64,000 bases of DNA from Dehalococcoidia bacterium. GTDB lineage: Bacteria > Chloroflexota > Dehalococcoidia > Lucifugimonadales > Lucifugimonadaceae. Shown in pieces: positions 37,865 to 46,216 of the stretch. The stretch is from positions 587,686-651,685 of the forward strand of contig OZ241990.1 in assembly GCA_965204425.1 (NCBI GenBank), in the 5' to 3' direction. Made by a program: the position numbers and the translations under genes. A model generated the notes under the pieces. The model worked only from the letters and a program-made list of their open reading frames with translations. It had not been told where the DNA came from and did no database searches. Every line of letters begins with the position of its first letter. The stretch's first letter is position 1.

Positions 37865-39499
37865 ATGCCGAAAGTCGATGGAAGTTACCTAATCGCGCGG
37901 ACGCTCAAGGAAGAGGGCGCTGACTGCCTTTTCTATTTGATGGGTGGCCCAAACTACGAGATCGTCAACAATTCTGAGGATTTCGGTATCCGTGCTGTCG
38001 ATTTCCGACATGAACAGGCAGCGGCGATGGCTGCTCACGCCTACGCCCGGGTAAAACGCAAGCCAGGAGTGACAACGGCCGCATCTGGTCCAGGCACGTT
38101 GAACCTTTTGACGGGCATCTACAACGCGTTCGTGGACGCGGCGCCGATGGTTACGCTAGGAGGCGCCGGACCTCTCAGGGATATCTATAGAGACGGGTTC
38201 CAAGAGGTCGATCTTCCAAACATATTCGCTCCAGTGTCTAAGTCGGTGATCCGTCCAACCCAGCCCAACCGCTTCCCAGAACATATCTCGACCGCATTCA
38301 GGACTGCGATGAGCGATCGTCCCGGCCCCGTGTATGTCGAATGCAACGAGGATGTGCTTTATCGGGAGGTAGAAGAGGACGAGGCGGACCCGCCGACTCG
38401 CGTAACCACGGTTGCAGCGCCTAGCGCGGATCCCGATCTTGTCGCCGACGCGGTAAAGATATTGGAGGGTGCCGAACGACCCATATTGTTGGCTGGAAGC
38501 GGTCCTTGGTGGTCAGGAGCCTGGGAAGAACTGCAGGAATTCGTTGATCGAACCGGCATACCGTTTTACACAACGCCGATAGCGCGCGGCTTGATACCTG
38601 AAGACCACGAGCTATCGTTTCCGGCGGCGAGGTCTACCGCGTTTAGGGAGACCGATGCGGTTTTGGTGGTAGGCACAAGATTTAACTGGATCATGACATT
38701 CGGCCGCAGGATTTCGCCGGCAGCCAAGATCATTCAAGTCGACATCCACGCGTCGGAAATAGGGCACAACCGGGGTGTGGACATCGGAATCGTTGCCGAT
38801 GCAAAGGCCGCAATGCGACAGATCAATGACGAACTATCTCGTACCGGCGTCAAATCGAAAGCAACATCTGAATGGGTCGATTACCTTCGTGATGTCGAAA
38901 TGAACCGACGCGAACGATCCCGCCAACTCGAAGAATCATCTCAAGTTCCAATCCATCCGTTACGGCTATGCAAAGAGTTGCGCGAGGTGATGGATCGAGA
39001 CGCTATTCTGACGGTCGACGGCAACGAGATCTTGCACTACGGTAGACAGTCGATCCCGACATATGTGCCCGGCCACCGACTGAATTCCGGCGCGACAGGT
39101 TGCATGGGCGTCGGATTACCATTCGCCATCGGTGCCAAGCTGGCGAAGCCGGAAAAGCAAGTCGTATCCCTCCATGGAGACGGCTCGCTCGGCATGAACA
39201 TCCAAGATTTCGACACGGCAGTCAGACACGACCTCCCGATCGTCGTAGTTGTGTCCAACAATGAAGGGTGGACCGCCCGCGTCGAAGGCATTCGGAAACC
39301 GGGCCGCGAGCTTGGATGGACCCGATTCGATGTCATAGCCGAGGCGCTGGGCGGACACGGTGAAGAGGTGACTGAACCATCGGAGATCCGTCCCGCGCTG
39401 GAACGCGCATTTGACGCTGGCGTGCCAGCCATCGTAAACGTCCATACGGATCCAACTGCCCGAGCCTTATCTCGTTTCGTCGGCTCGAAAATGGAGTAA
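37865..39499 (+). CDS. thiamine-diphosphate-dependent enzyme (acetolactate synthase / oxalyl-CoA decarboxylase / Xsc-like)
   Basis: 544 aa. N-terminal Pyr domain and C-terminal TPP motif GDGSLGMNIQDFDTAVRHDLPIVVVVSNNEGW. Confidence 0.85.
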   Translation: MPKVDGSYLIARTLKEEGADCLFYLMGGPNYEIVNNSEDFGIRAVDFRHEQAAAMAAHAYARVKRKPGVTTAASGPGTLNLLTGIYNAFVDAAPMVTLGGAGPLRDIYRDGFQEVDLPNIFAPVSKSVIRPTQPNRFPEHISTAFRTAMSDRPGPVYVECNEDVLYREVEEDEADPPTRVTTVAAPSADPDLVADAVKILEGAERPILLAGSGPWWSGAWEELQEFVDRTGIPFYTTPIARGLIPEDHELSFPAARSTAFRETDAVLVVGTRFNWIMTFGRRISPAAKIIQVDIHASEIGHNRGVDIGIVADAKAAMRQINDELSRTGVKSKATSEWVDYLRDVEMNRRERSRQLEESSQVPIHPLRLCKELREVMDRDAILTVDGNEILHYGRQSIPTYVPGHRLNSGATGCMGVGLPFAIGAKLAKPEKQVVSLHGDGSLGMNIQDFDTAVRHDLPIVVVVSNNEGWTARVEGIRKPGRELGWTRFDVIAEALGGHGEEVTEPSEIRPALERAFDAGVPAIVNVHTDPTARALSRFVGSKME

Positions 39500-39515
39500 A
39501 CACGGGAAACTAATC

Positions 39516-39839
39516 ATGTCTGAACCTGCCGAAGATTCACGAACCAACACCTACATCATGTTTTCGAGATTGACCGAACGTGGTCGAGATCGCGTGAGAA
39601 CGCATCCCGAGCGCATATTGGAGGTCAATAACGAAGTAGAAGCGCGCGGTTGCCGGGTGGTAGCGCAGTATGCCATGATGGGCGATAACGACTTCGTGAC
39701 GATAATCGAGGCCCCCGACAACGGTGAGATGTCACGCATCGCCATCGAACTAGGTGCGCGAGGCACCATCGACACGACGACTTATTCAGCCATACCGATA
39801 AGCGAATTTATCGACATCATGCAGAACAACGGCGATTAA
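39516..39839 (+). CDS. GYD-domain protein
   Basis: 107 aa. TYIMFSRLTERGRDRV...VAQYAMMGDNDFVTIIEAPDN. Lies 16 nt downstream of the TPP enzyme gene. Confidence 0.7.
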   Translation: MSEPAEDSRTNTYIMFSRLTERGRDRVRTHPERILEVNNEVEARGCRVVAQYAMMGDNDFVTIIEAPDNGEMSRIAIELGARGTIDTTTYSAIPISEFIDIMQNNGD

Positions 39840-39890
39840 CTGGGCGGGCGACGGCTGCAATCGAACTCGACGATCGTTTGACTTCGAAGG

Positions 39891-41945
39891 ATGCGAACAG
39901 ACGCAGTTTCTCAAACTTCTGATCAATCGCTTAGAGCCGCGATCTACACCAAAGGGCTCGATTGGAAATTGATCCTTGTCGGGATCGTTCTCATCGCTTG
40001 GGGCCAGATTCAGCTGATCCAAGACGGTAGTCACGAAGAGGACGGTTTCTTCGGGTCGGGACGCCTTTTCTTGATCCTAGGTTTCGCCGTGGTGGCGTTG
40101 GCTACCAGTTACTTCAGGGCCCGTTTGCAGACCGAATCTTGGAGCATGACGCCTCATAGATCGTTGCGCTTCGATCTAAGCCGCTTGCGCAAGATGTTTT
40201 TTGGGATCGGGGTGGCCGCACTCGCATTCCTAGTTTTGAGGCTACTGAGTGGCTCAACATCTGGTAACGACATCTCGATATGGCTAATTGCGCTGTTGGG
40301 CTTCTGCATTCCATTTGCGCCATCGTTTAAGAGGATTTTGGTCGGGATCAGAAAGGCCCGGAAATCAGTTCGATCCGTCGACGTGGTCGTTGTGAGCCTA
40401 TTGGCAACGATTTTCATCATTTACGCATCTTACGATTTGACCGATTGGTACTACTCGGCGATCGGTGACGAGTTTGCGTTTTACGACTTGGCGAACGACT
40501 TTATCGAAAATGGCATATCTGCGCCATTCAGCCAAAACGGCGTCTACGACTTCCATCCCCGTTTGGGACTGTTGATGAAGAGTCTCGTGATGGATGCCGT
40601 TGGGTCAGACAACTTCGGGTGGAAATTCAGTTCCGTATTGATGTTTGCCCTCGCGATTCCGGCGGTTTATCTGACCGGGACGCTAATGGGTGGGCGCATC
40701 GCTGGGACGGTTGCTGCCGCAACGTTGGCGTTTAGCCACTATCTCATTGAATTCAGCCATATCGGCTACGACCATATCGATTCGTTGCTTCCTGTAGCGT
40801 GGGCATTCGCGTTGTTCTTTTTGGCGATGCGAACAAAGAGCCCGTTTCTGTTTTTCGTCGCTGGCGTTGTAACGGGTCTCTGCGTGTACACGAATGTTGC
40901 GGCTCGGATCGTGTTCCCGGTCATAGTCGTATTCACCATTTGGCGCGCATTCATCGGCGATCGTAAAGATTTCCACAATTGGGCGATTCCATTGTTCGTC
41001 GGTGCAGCAGTCACCGCATTGCCCACCCTCATCGTCGACGGATCCGGGCTTGTGGACCAGATGCTGAGTCGCGTAATCATCGGGCAAGGTGAAATCACGG
41101 AACTTGGGACGATCGACCGTCTGATTCGGAACTTCCAACTGAACTTATACGCTTTCAATTACAACGAACACATCACGCACTATGTGTCTGGATCGCTGTT
41201 GGATCCTGTGTCGGCGGTGATTGCAGTCGCTGCTGTGGCCTTTGCCTTAGGGAGAATCGGCGACTCCGATTCGGACTTCTTGATCATTTGGTTGGCGTTG
41301 GGATTTGCCGCGACAGGAGGAATCAGTCCTTATGATTGGCACGTCGCAACCACTCGGCTCTTCCCGCTGATGATTCCCTTGTCGTTGGCAATGGGTCTAT
41401 TCATCTCGAAGTTCGTTTGGCCCATCAACATCAACATTTTCACGGCCGGCAAATCACCGGTGTTGAGTTCGAAGCTGGTCACTATAGTCGCTCTGATATT
41501 TGTTGGCTTGCTCGTTTGGATGCTCAACTATCAACGCTCAGAGTTTGACACGCCCAGTGTTTTCCACGGTTCTCCGAACGCAGTGACGATCGGAGCGATC
41601 AACTCCGACCACTGCGCTCATCTGCCCGGCGAACGAGTGGCTATAGTCTCAAGAGATGAGCATGTGGTGCGTCGAATCCTGAATTCATATCAACCGGGCA
41701 CCATCCAATTGGACCCGAATGCGCCTGAACTTCCTGGTTCACCGGTTTTCCTCAACCACCAACAGGCATCGGAAGGTGGATTGGGTGATGCCGACCGCTT
41801 CGACTGCATAATCTTCTCCTATCCTTGGGAACCTGAACCGACACGCATCTTGAACGACTTGCAGTTGGACAACCCGTATGCGCTCGTAATTCCTTTCTCG
41901 GATCTTTCCGGGAAAACTACGATCAGCATCTACAAACCGTTCTAG
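39891..41945 (+). CDS. polytopic membrane glycosyltransferase, PMT/ArnT (GT39/GT83)-like
   Basis: 684 aa with more than 10 predicted TM helices. The first extracytoplasmic loop contains GDEFAFYDLANDF. Has a soluble C-terminal domain. Confidence 0.6.
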   Translation: MRTDAVSQTSDQSLRAAIYTKGLDWKLILVGIVLIAWGQIQLIQDGSHEEDGFFGSGRLFLILGFAVVALATSYFRARLQTESWSMTPHRSLRFDLSRLRKMFFGIGVAALAFLVLRLLSGSTSGNDISIWLIALLGFCIPFAPSFKRILVGIRKARKSVRSVDVVVVSLLATIFIIYASYDLTDWYYSAIGDEFAFYDLANDFIENGISAPFSQNGVYDFHPRLGLLMKSLVMDAVGSDNFGWKFSSVLMFALAIPAVYLTGTLMGGRIAGTVAAATLAFSHYLIEFSHIGYDHIDSLLPVAWAFALFFLAMRTKSPFLFFVAGVVTGLCVYTNVAARIVFPVIVVFTIWRAFIGDRKDFHNWAIPLFVGAAVTALPTLIVDGSGLVDQMLSRVIIGQGEITELGTIDRLIRNFQLNLYAFNYNEHITHYVSGSLLDPVSAVIAVAAVAFALGRIGDSDSDFLIIWLALGFAATGGISPYDWHVATTRLFPLMIPLSLAMGLFISKFVWPININIFTAGKSPVLSSKLVTIVALIFVGLLVWMLNYQRSEFDTPSVFHGSPNAVTIGAINSDHCAHLPGERVAIVSRDEHVVRRILNSYQPGTIQLDPNAPELPGSPVFLNHQQASEGGLGDADRFDCIIFSYPWEPEPTRILNDLQLDNPYALVIPFSDLSGKTTISIYKPF

Positions 41946-42048
41946 AAACACGGCTCCGCATGGAGGAGTTTTGGCCGCCGAGAACCTGTCCACGGTAGGT
42001 GACGTAGAATCTTCCACAACCGCCGCAACTCCTATATGAACGTCAAAA

Positions 42049-43032
42049 ATGTCAGCTGAAGCAATCGAAAGACGTTCGATCATTATCTCGATCGCGGCGA
42101 GTACGTCCTTCGGCGTTCTCGGCATCGTGATCTCGATTGCGAGCCACTCAGGTGCTGTCTTCTTGGATGGTTTGTTTTCACTGACATTCGGCGTGGTGGG
42201 ATTGTTGACGCTATACGTATCCCAACTAGTCTCGAGACCGAGCGACGAAACCTATCCGTTCGGGTATGCGACCTTCGAACCGATGCTGAACCTTTTCAAA
42301 GGATTGTTGATCAGCTTCGCATTGGTCTATGCGGTCTGGACAGCCGTTAGGACAATTCGGCAGGGAGGGCAGGACATCACGGCTGAGGGTGGAATCCTTT
42401 ATGCAGTTATTGCGGTAGTGGGTGGTGCGATTGTCGTATTCATTCTTAAGCGATACGCCAAACAGTCAGGTTCACCGATCGTCGATGTGGACGCTAAGAA
42501 CTGGACCGTCGACACGTTGATCAGTTCCGCTGTCGGCATCGCATTTGTCGCGACTCTACTCATCCAGAACTCCGACTGGTCCAATTGGGCCCCGTACGCG
42601 GACCCGATCATCATGTTGGCAATCGCCGCCATTGCGGCTCCTCAGCCGTATCAAACGATCCGGGACAACCTACGTCAGATTGTCGGCAAAGCGCCGCCGA
42701 AAGACGTCCAAAGCAGGGTGGCAAATCTCGTCGAGGAGGCGTTAGATGATGTTTCCCATGACGAAACGCATCTTCGTATCGTGGATGTCGGACGCTATAT
42801 CCACCTGCATGTTTACGTGATCATCTCACCCGACGCCAGCGAATCGATCGACATCCGGCGACACGACCAGATTCGGCGCCACATTTATAAGCGAGTTTCT
42901 GAGGAATTCAGGCATCTATCGCTCGACGTCGGATTCACGATGGATCGACGCTGGGCTTTGAACAGTGTCCCTTCCGAAGACTCCGAAATGGTTGTAGTTG
43001 TCGACGATTTAAAGGGAACACAGGAAAAATAG
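42049..43032 (+). CDS. cation diffusion facilitator (CDF) family transporter
   Basis: 327 aa. Six TM helices, FLDGLFSLTF...DETYPFGYATFEP, and a C-terminal cytoplasmic domain. Confidence 0.8.
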   Translation: MSAEAIERRSIIISIAASTSFGVLGIVISIASHSGAVFLDGLFSLTFGVVGLLTLYVSQLVSRPSDETYPFGYATFEPMLNLFKGLLISFALVYAVWTAVRTIRQGGQDITAEGGILYAVIAVVGGAIVVFILKRYAKQSGSPIVDVDAKNWTVDTLISSAVGIAFVATLLIQNSDWSNWAPYADPIIMLAIAAIAAPQPYQTIRDNLRQIVGKAPPKDVQSRVANLVEEALDDVSHDETHLRIVDVGRYIHLHVYVIISPDASESIDIRRHDQIRRHIYKRVSEEFRHLSLDVGFTMDRRWALNSVPSEDSEMVVVVDDLKGTQEK

Positions 43033-43058
43033 TCCGACAATCGAAATTCACCTCTCTT

Positions 43059-43517
43059 TTGATCGGTGCGACAACTTTCGTTTTGTTGGCGGGTTGTGGC
43101 ACCGTGGGTAGTCTCGCGTCTCCCACACCTTTACCTGCGAATGAACCTGAACCTACCCCCACACCTTCGTTCACCGATTCGGCAAAAGCTGAGATCTCCA
43201 ATCTGTTCCAGAAACAATTAACCGCCATCCTCAGCGCTGATTGGCAGTTCATCTACCACTCCTGCAATCCCAGCTACCGCGCCCGTCGTGACCAAGAACG
43301 CCTCAAGGGCGACGTCGAGCAGTACCTGAAACGTTTCGATGCTGCACCAACATTACTTGACGTACGCGATCCCGTCGTGGCCAAAGGCAGAGACGACCGG
43401 TTTGATCTCAACTACGACCTATACATCGAAGGTGAGTTCTCGCAGACGATACGCGTAGGCGGGGCGTACGTATTCATCAACGGACAGTGGTACGACGACG
43501 GAGTTTGGTGCCGCTAA
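43059..43517 (+). CDS. hypothetical small lipoprotein
   Basis: 152 aa. TTG start, lipobox LLAGCG, then a short Pro/Thr linker. No recognised domain. Confidence 0.45.
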   Translation: MIGATTFVLLAGCGTVGSLASPTPLPANEPEPTPTPSFTDSAKAEISNLFQKQLTAILSADWQFIYHSCNPSYRARRDQERLKGDVEQYLKRFDAAPTLLDVRDPVVAKGRDDRFDLNYDLYIEGEFSQTIRVGGAYVFINGQWYDDGVWCR

Positions 43518-45616
43518 ACCGACGACGGAACGGTCGATTGGCGGACGATTTGCTCCGGACTCGAAGGCATCACGGTGAATTGTTCCTCGTAGAGCCGTCG
43601 ATAGAGATCCGACTGATCAATCAACTCATCGTGCGGACCTCTAGCGCGGATGCGGCCACCCTGGACGACCAAAATCTGATCGGCAGCGATCACAGTAGAT
43701 AGTCTGTGAGCGATCGCAATTGTCGTACGACCCATGCGCAACCTCGCGATGGCTTCACGGATCAACCGTTCAGACAGAGTGTCTAACGCGCTTGTTGCCT
43801 CATCAAGAAGGAGGATGCGCGGATCGGCAAGAATGACGCGTGCGATCGCTAGGCGTTGTCTCTCTCCGCCGGACAGCATGTAACCGTGTTCCCCGACGAT
43901 TGAGCTGTATCCATCAGGCATCGCCGCGATTGTGTCATGGATTTGCGCTGCTTCGGCCGCCTCTTCAAGTTCCTTCTCAGAGGCAGAAGGACGGCCATAA
44001 AGGAGGTTTTCACGCACTGAGGCATGGAAAAGGAAAGGGTTCTGTGACACGACGCCGACGAGTTGGGTCAGATTGTCGTGAGTGATGTCCTTGATGTTGA
44101 CCCCGTCGACCTTTACCGCACCTTCATCGACGTCGTAAAGGCGCGAAGCGAGGTAGCCGATCGTGGTTTTGCCTGATCCACTTGGTCCTACAAGAGCGGT
44201 CAATTCGCCCGCACCAGCGGTAAAGGAGATACCGGACAGCGAGAATGATTCGTCGTCCGATTCATGTCCGTTGTCTGGGGGAACGACCGATGCGTCACGG
44301 GCATTGGGCCTCCCGTCACCTCGACCTCCACCTGCGGACACAGGTGGGAGCGGCATGTCTGGAGCGATCTGTCCATCGCCACCTGGAGGTCCGCCGCCTG
44401 AACCTCTCTCGAAACCGCCGGACGGACGCTGATTGGCTTGCGCTTTGAATTTCGCGTCAAGGCGCTCCAACTCAGATTCTTGGTAAGAGAACGAGACGTT
44501 GTCGAACACCACCTCGCCCTGTGCCGTCGAGGGATCAACCTTGACGGGGTCAGCGGGGTCCACGATCGTCGGTCTGATGTCCATGTACTCAAAGATGCGC
44601 TCGAACAGAGCCAATGAGCCCGTGATCTCGACGCCGCGCTGCAACAGGTTGGCCATCGGGAATAGCAGACGGGCTTGGATCGTAGAGAACGCGACAATGT
44701 CGCCCAATGTAACGCGATCGCTACCGTCGATGATGAAAATCCCCCCGATCAACCAGATGAACGCAGGTGCCATCGTGAAGAATGCTTGAACCACGATGAA
44801 GAAGCCGCGGCCAGTCATGTACTGCCGGATCGAGACCTTTGTCAGTCTGGTGTTGGTGTCCTGGAATTCTCGGAGTTGTTCGGCCTCGCGCCCAAACGTC
44901 TTGGCAACGATGACGCCAGATACGAACAGGGTTTCGCCAGTCTTCGCGGTCAAATCGGCGAGTGTTCGTTGCATCTGACTCGTTAATCTGCGCCTACGTG
45001 CACCGACAATCTTCGATAGGTATGCGAATATAGGCATGGTGCAGACAGCGACGATCGTGAGTTCCCAGGAGAGGATCAACATCGCCACGAGGGCAGCAGC
45101 GACGACGGTTACGCTCGACAGGATGTTGACGACCGTATCGGTGAGGACGAGTTGCGTGCTCGAAACGTCGTTGGCAAGGCGGGACTGGATATCGCCCGTC
45201 TTGGTGGACGAGAAGAAGGAGATCGGCTGTTTTAGGAGATGGTTGTAAACGGTGTGCCGCATATCCTCCATAACTTTGAAACCGACCGCGGCATTGAGAC
45301 GCGACTGGATGAAGTTAAGGATTCCGGAAATGCCGGCCACAACTACCATGCCACCAATCAGCCAGAGCAACAGATTCATATCCTGTTGCGGCAAAGCGTC
45401 GTCGATAACGCGTTGGATCAGGAGGGGAGTGACGACGCCAAGGGCCGAAGTAATCAGAACCAATGCTCCCACTATCGCCAAGACCCACTTGTAATCCGCG
45501 TAAAGGCGGATAACGCGCCTGAATGTGTCACGAGGGAACGGACGATTACGCGCTTCTTCGGTCAACCTGCCGAATCCTGGGTCGCCCATACCTCCTCTCA
45601 TGCCTCCACCTCTCAT
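43514..45616 (-). CDS. ABC exporter, fused permease/ATPase (MsbA/type IV exporter-like) with a Gly/Pro-rich insert
   Basis: 700 aa. Six-TM domain, Walker A GPSGSGKTT, signature LSGGERQR, Walker B LLLDEATSALD. GGAGG lies 3 nt upstream of the ATG. Confidence 0.9.
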   Translation of the reverse strand: MRGGGMRGGMGDPGFGRLTEEARNRPFPRDTFRRVIRLYADYKWVLAIVGALVLITSALGVVTPLLIQRVIDDALPQQDMNLLLWLIGGMVVVAGISGILNFIQSRLNAAVGFKVMEDMRHTVYNHLLKQPISFFSSTKTGDIQSRLANDVSSTQLVLTDTVVNILSSVTVVAAALVAMLILSWELTIVAVCTMPIFAYLSKIVGARRRRLTSQMQRTLADLTAKTGETLFVSGVIVAKTFGREAEQLREFQDTNTRLTKVSIRQYMTGRGFFIVVQAFFTMAPAFIWLIGGIFIIDGSDRVTLGDIVAFSTIQARLLFPMANLLQRGVEITGSLALFERIFEYMDIRPTIVDPADPVKVDPSTAQGEVVFDNVSFSYQESELERLDAKFKAQANQRPSGGFERGSGGGPPGGDGQIAPDMPLPPVSAGGGRGDGRPNARDASVVPPDNGHESDDESFSLSGISFTAGAGELTALVGPSGSGKTTIGYLASRLYDVDEGAVKVDGVNIKDITHDNLTQLVGVVSQNPFLFHASVRENLLYGRPSASEKELEEAAEAAQIHDTIAAMPDGYSSIVGEHGYMLSGGERQRLAIARVILADPRILLLDEATSALDTLSERLIREAIARLRMGRTTIAIAHRLSTVIAADQILVVQGGRIRARGPHDELIDQSDLYRRLYEEQFTVMPSSPEQIVRQSTVPSSV

Positions 45617-45733
45617 ACATACCTCCGAGTTATTGCGTAGGCAGTTAAACGTATCGCGTTTGACGGGATGTTACTTCATCGCACGCCAACATCCGCCATT
45701 CGCTTAAGTGCAAAAATGCGCAACAAGGTGAGT

Positions 45734-45809
45734 TGGTAGCCCGTAGGGGAGTCGAACCCCTGTTTCAGCCTTGAGAGGGCCGTGTCCTGGGCCACTAGAC
45801 GAACGGGCC
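45734..45809 (-). tRNA. tRNA-Glu (anticodon CTC)
   Basis: GGCCCGTTCGTCTAGTGGCCCAGGACACGGCCCTCTCAAGGCTGAAACAGGGGTTCGACTCCCCTACGGGCTACCA. Full cloverleaf with encoded CCA. Confidence 0.95.
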
Positions 45810-45861
45810 ACCGAATTTGTTGCGCGAACTCGGGTGAAAAGTCCGGGTTCCCTAATTTTAA

Positions 45862-45935
45862 TGGCTGCCGATGCAGGATTCGAACCCGCGCTCCCAGATC
45901 CAGAGTCTGGTGTCCTACCACTAGACGAATCGGCA
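45862..45935 (-). tRNA. tRNA-Gln (anticodon CTG)
   Basis: TGCCGATTCGTCTAGTGGTAGGACACCAGACTCTGGATCTGGGAGCGCGGGTTCGAATCCTGCATCGGCAGCCA. U1-A72 pair with encoded CCA. Confidence 0.95.
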
Positions 45936-46216
45936 ACGTTTTGCTCAGCAATATCCTATCAGATGCCTTGATTCCAGCCTTCGAACTGACATCGAATGGC
46001 GCAGCGCGATGGGCGATCGAATCCGTTGTTTCCCAGATTGAACCGGGCGCATTCGCCAACAATTTGTCATCTCTGATCTGAACTCGTAACCGCTTGATTT
46101 GGTGTAGACTACACGCATCTTCGGACGCAACAGACGCGTGCGGTGATTGGGTTTGCTCGGATGATACGAATCTGGGCGGCAATCGATGTCACACCATATA
46201 AAGGGAGAAAAGTGAC

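Noticed and set aside
27239-45935. A tRNA-bounded genomic island (tRNA-Arg to tRNA-Glu/Gln), and likewise tRNA-Met to tRNA-Arg
   Set aside because: There is no integrase, no recognisable direct repeat of a tRNA 3' end, and no phage or conjugation genes. The content looks like ordinary lineage-specific metabolic genes. A full repeat search could not be done by eye.
45676-46182. 168-aa ORF and neighbouring ORFs spanning the tRNA-Glu/tRNA-Gln region, plus the 77-aa ORF at 22733-22966 across tRNA-Met
   Set aside because: They run through well-formed tRNA genes and have no protein-like features.
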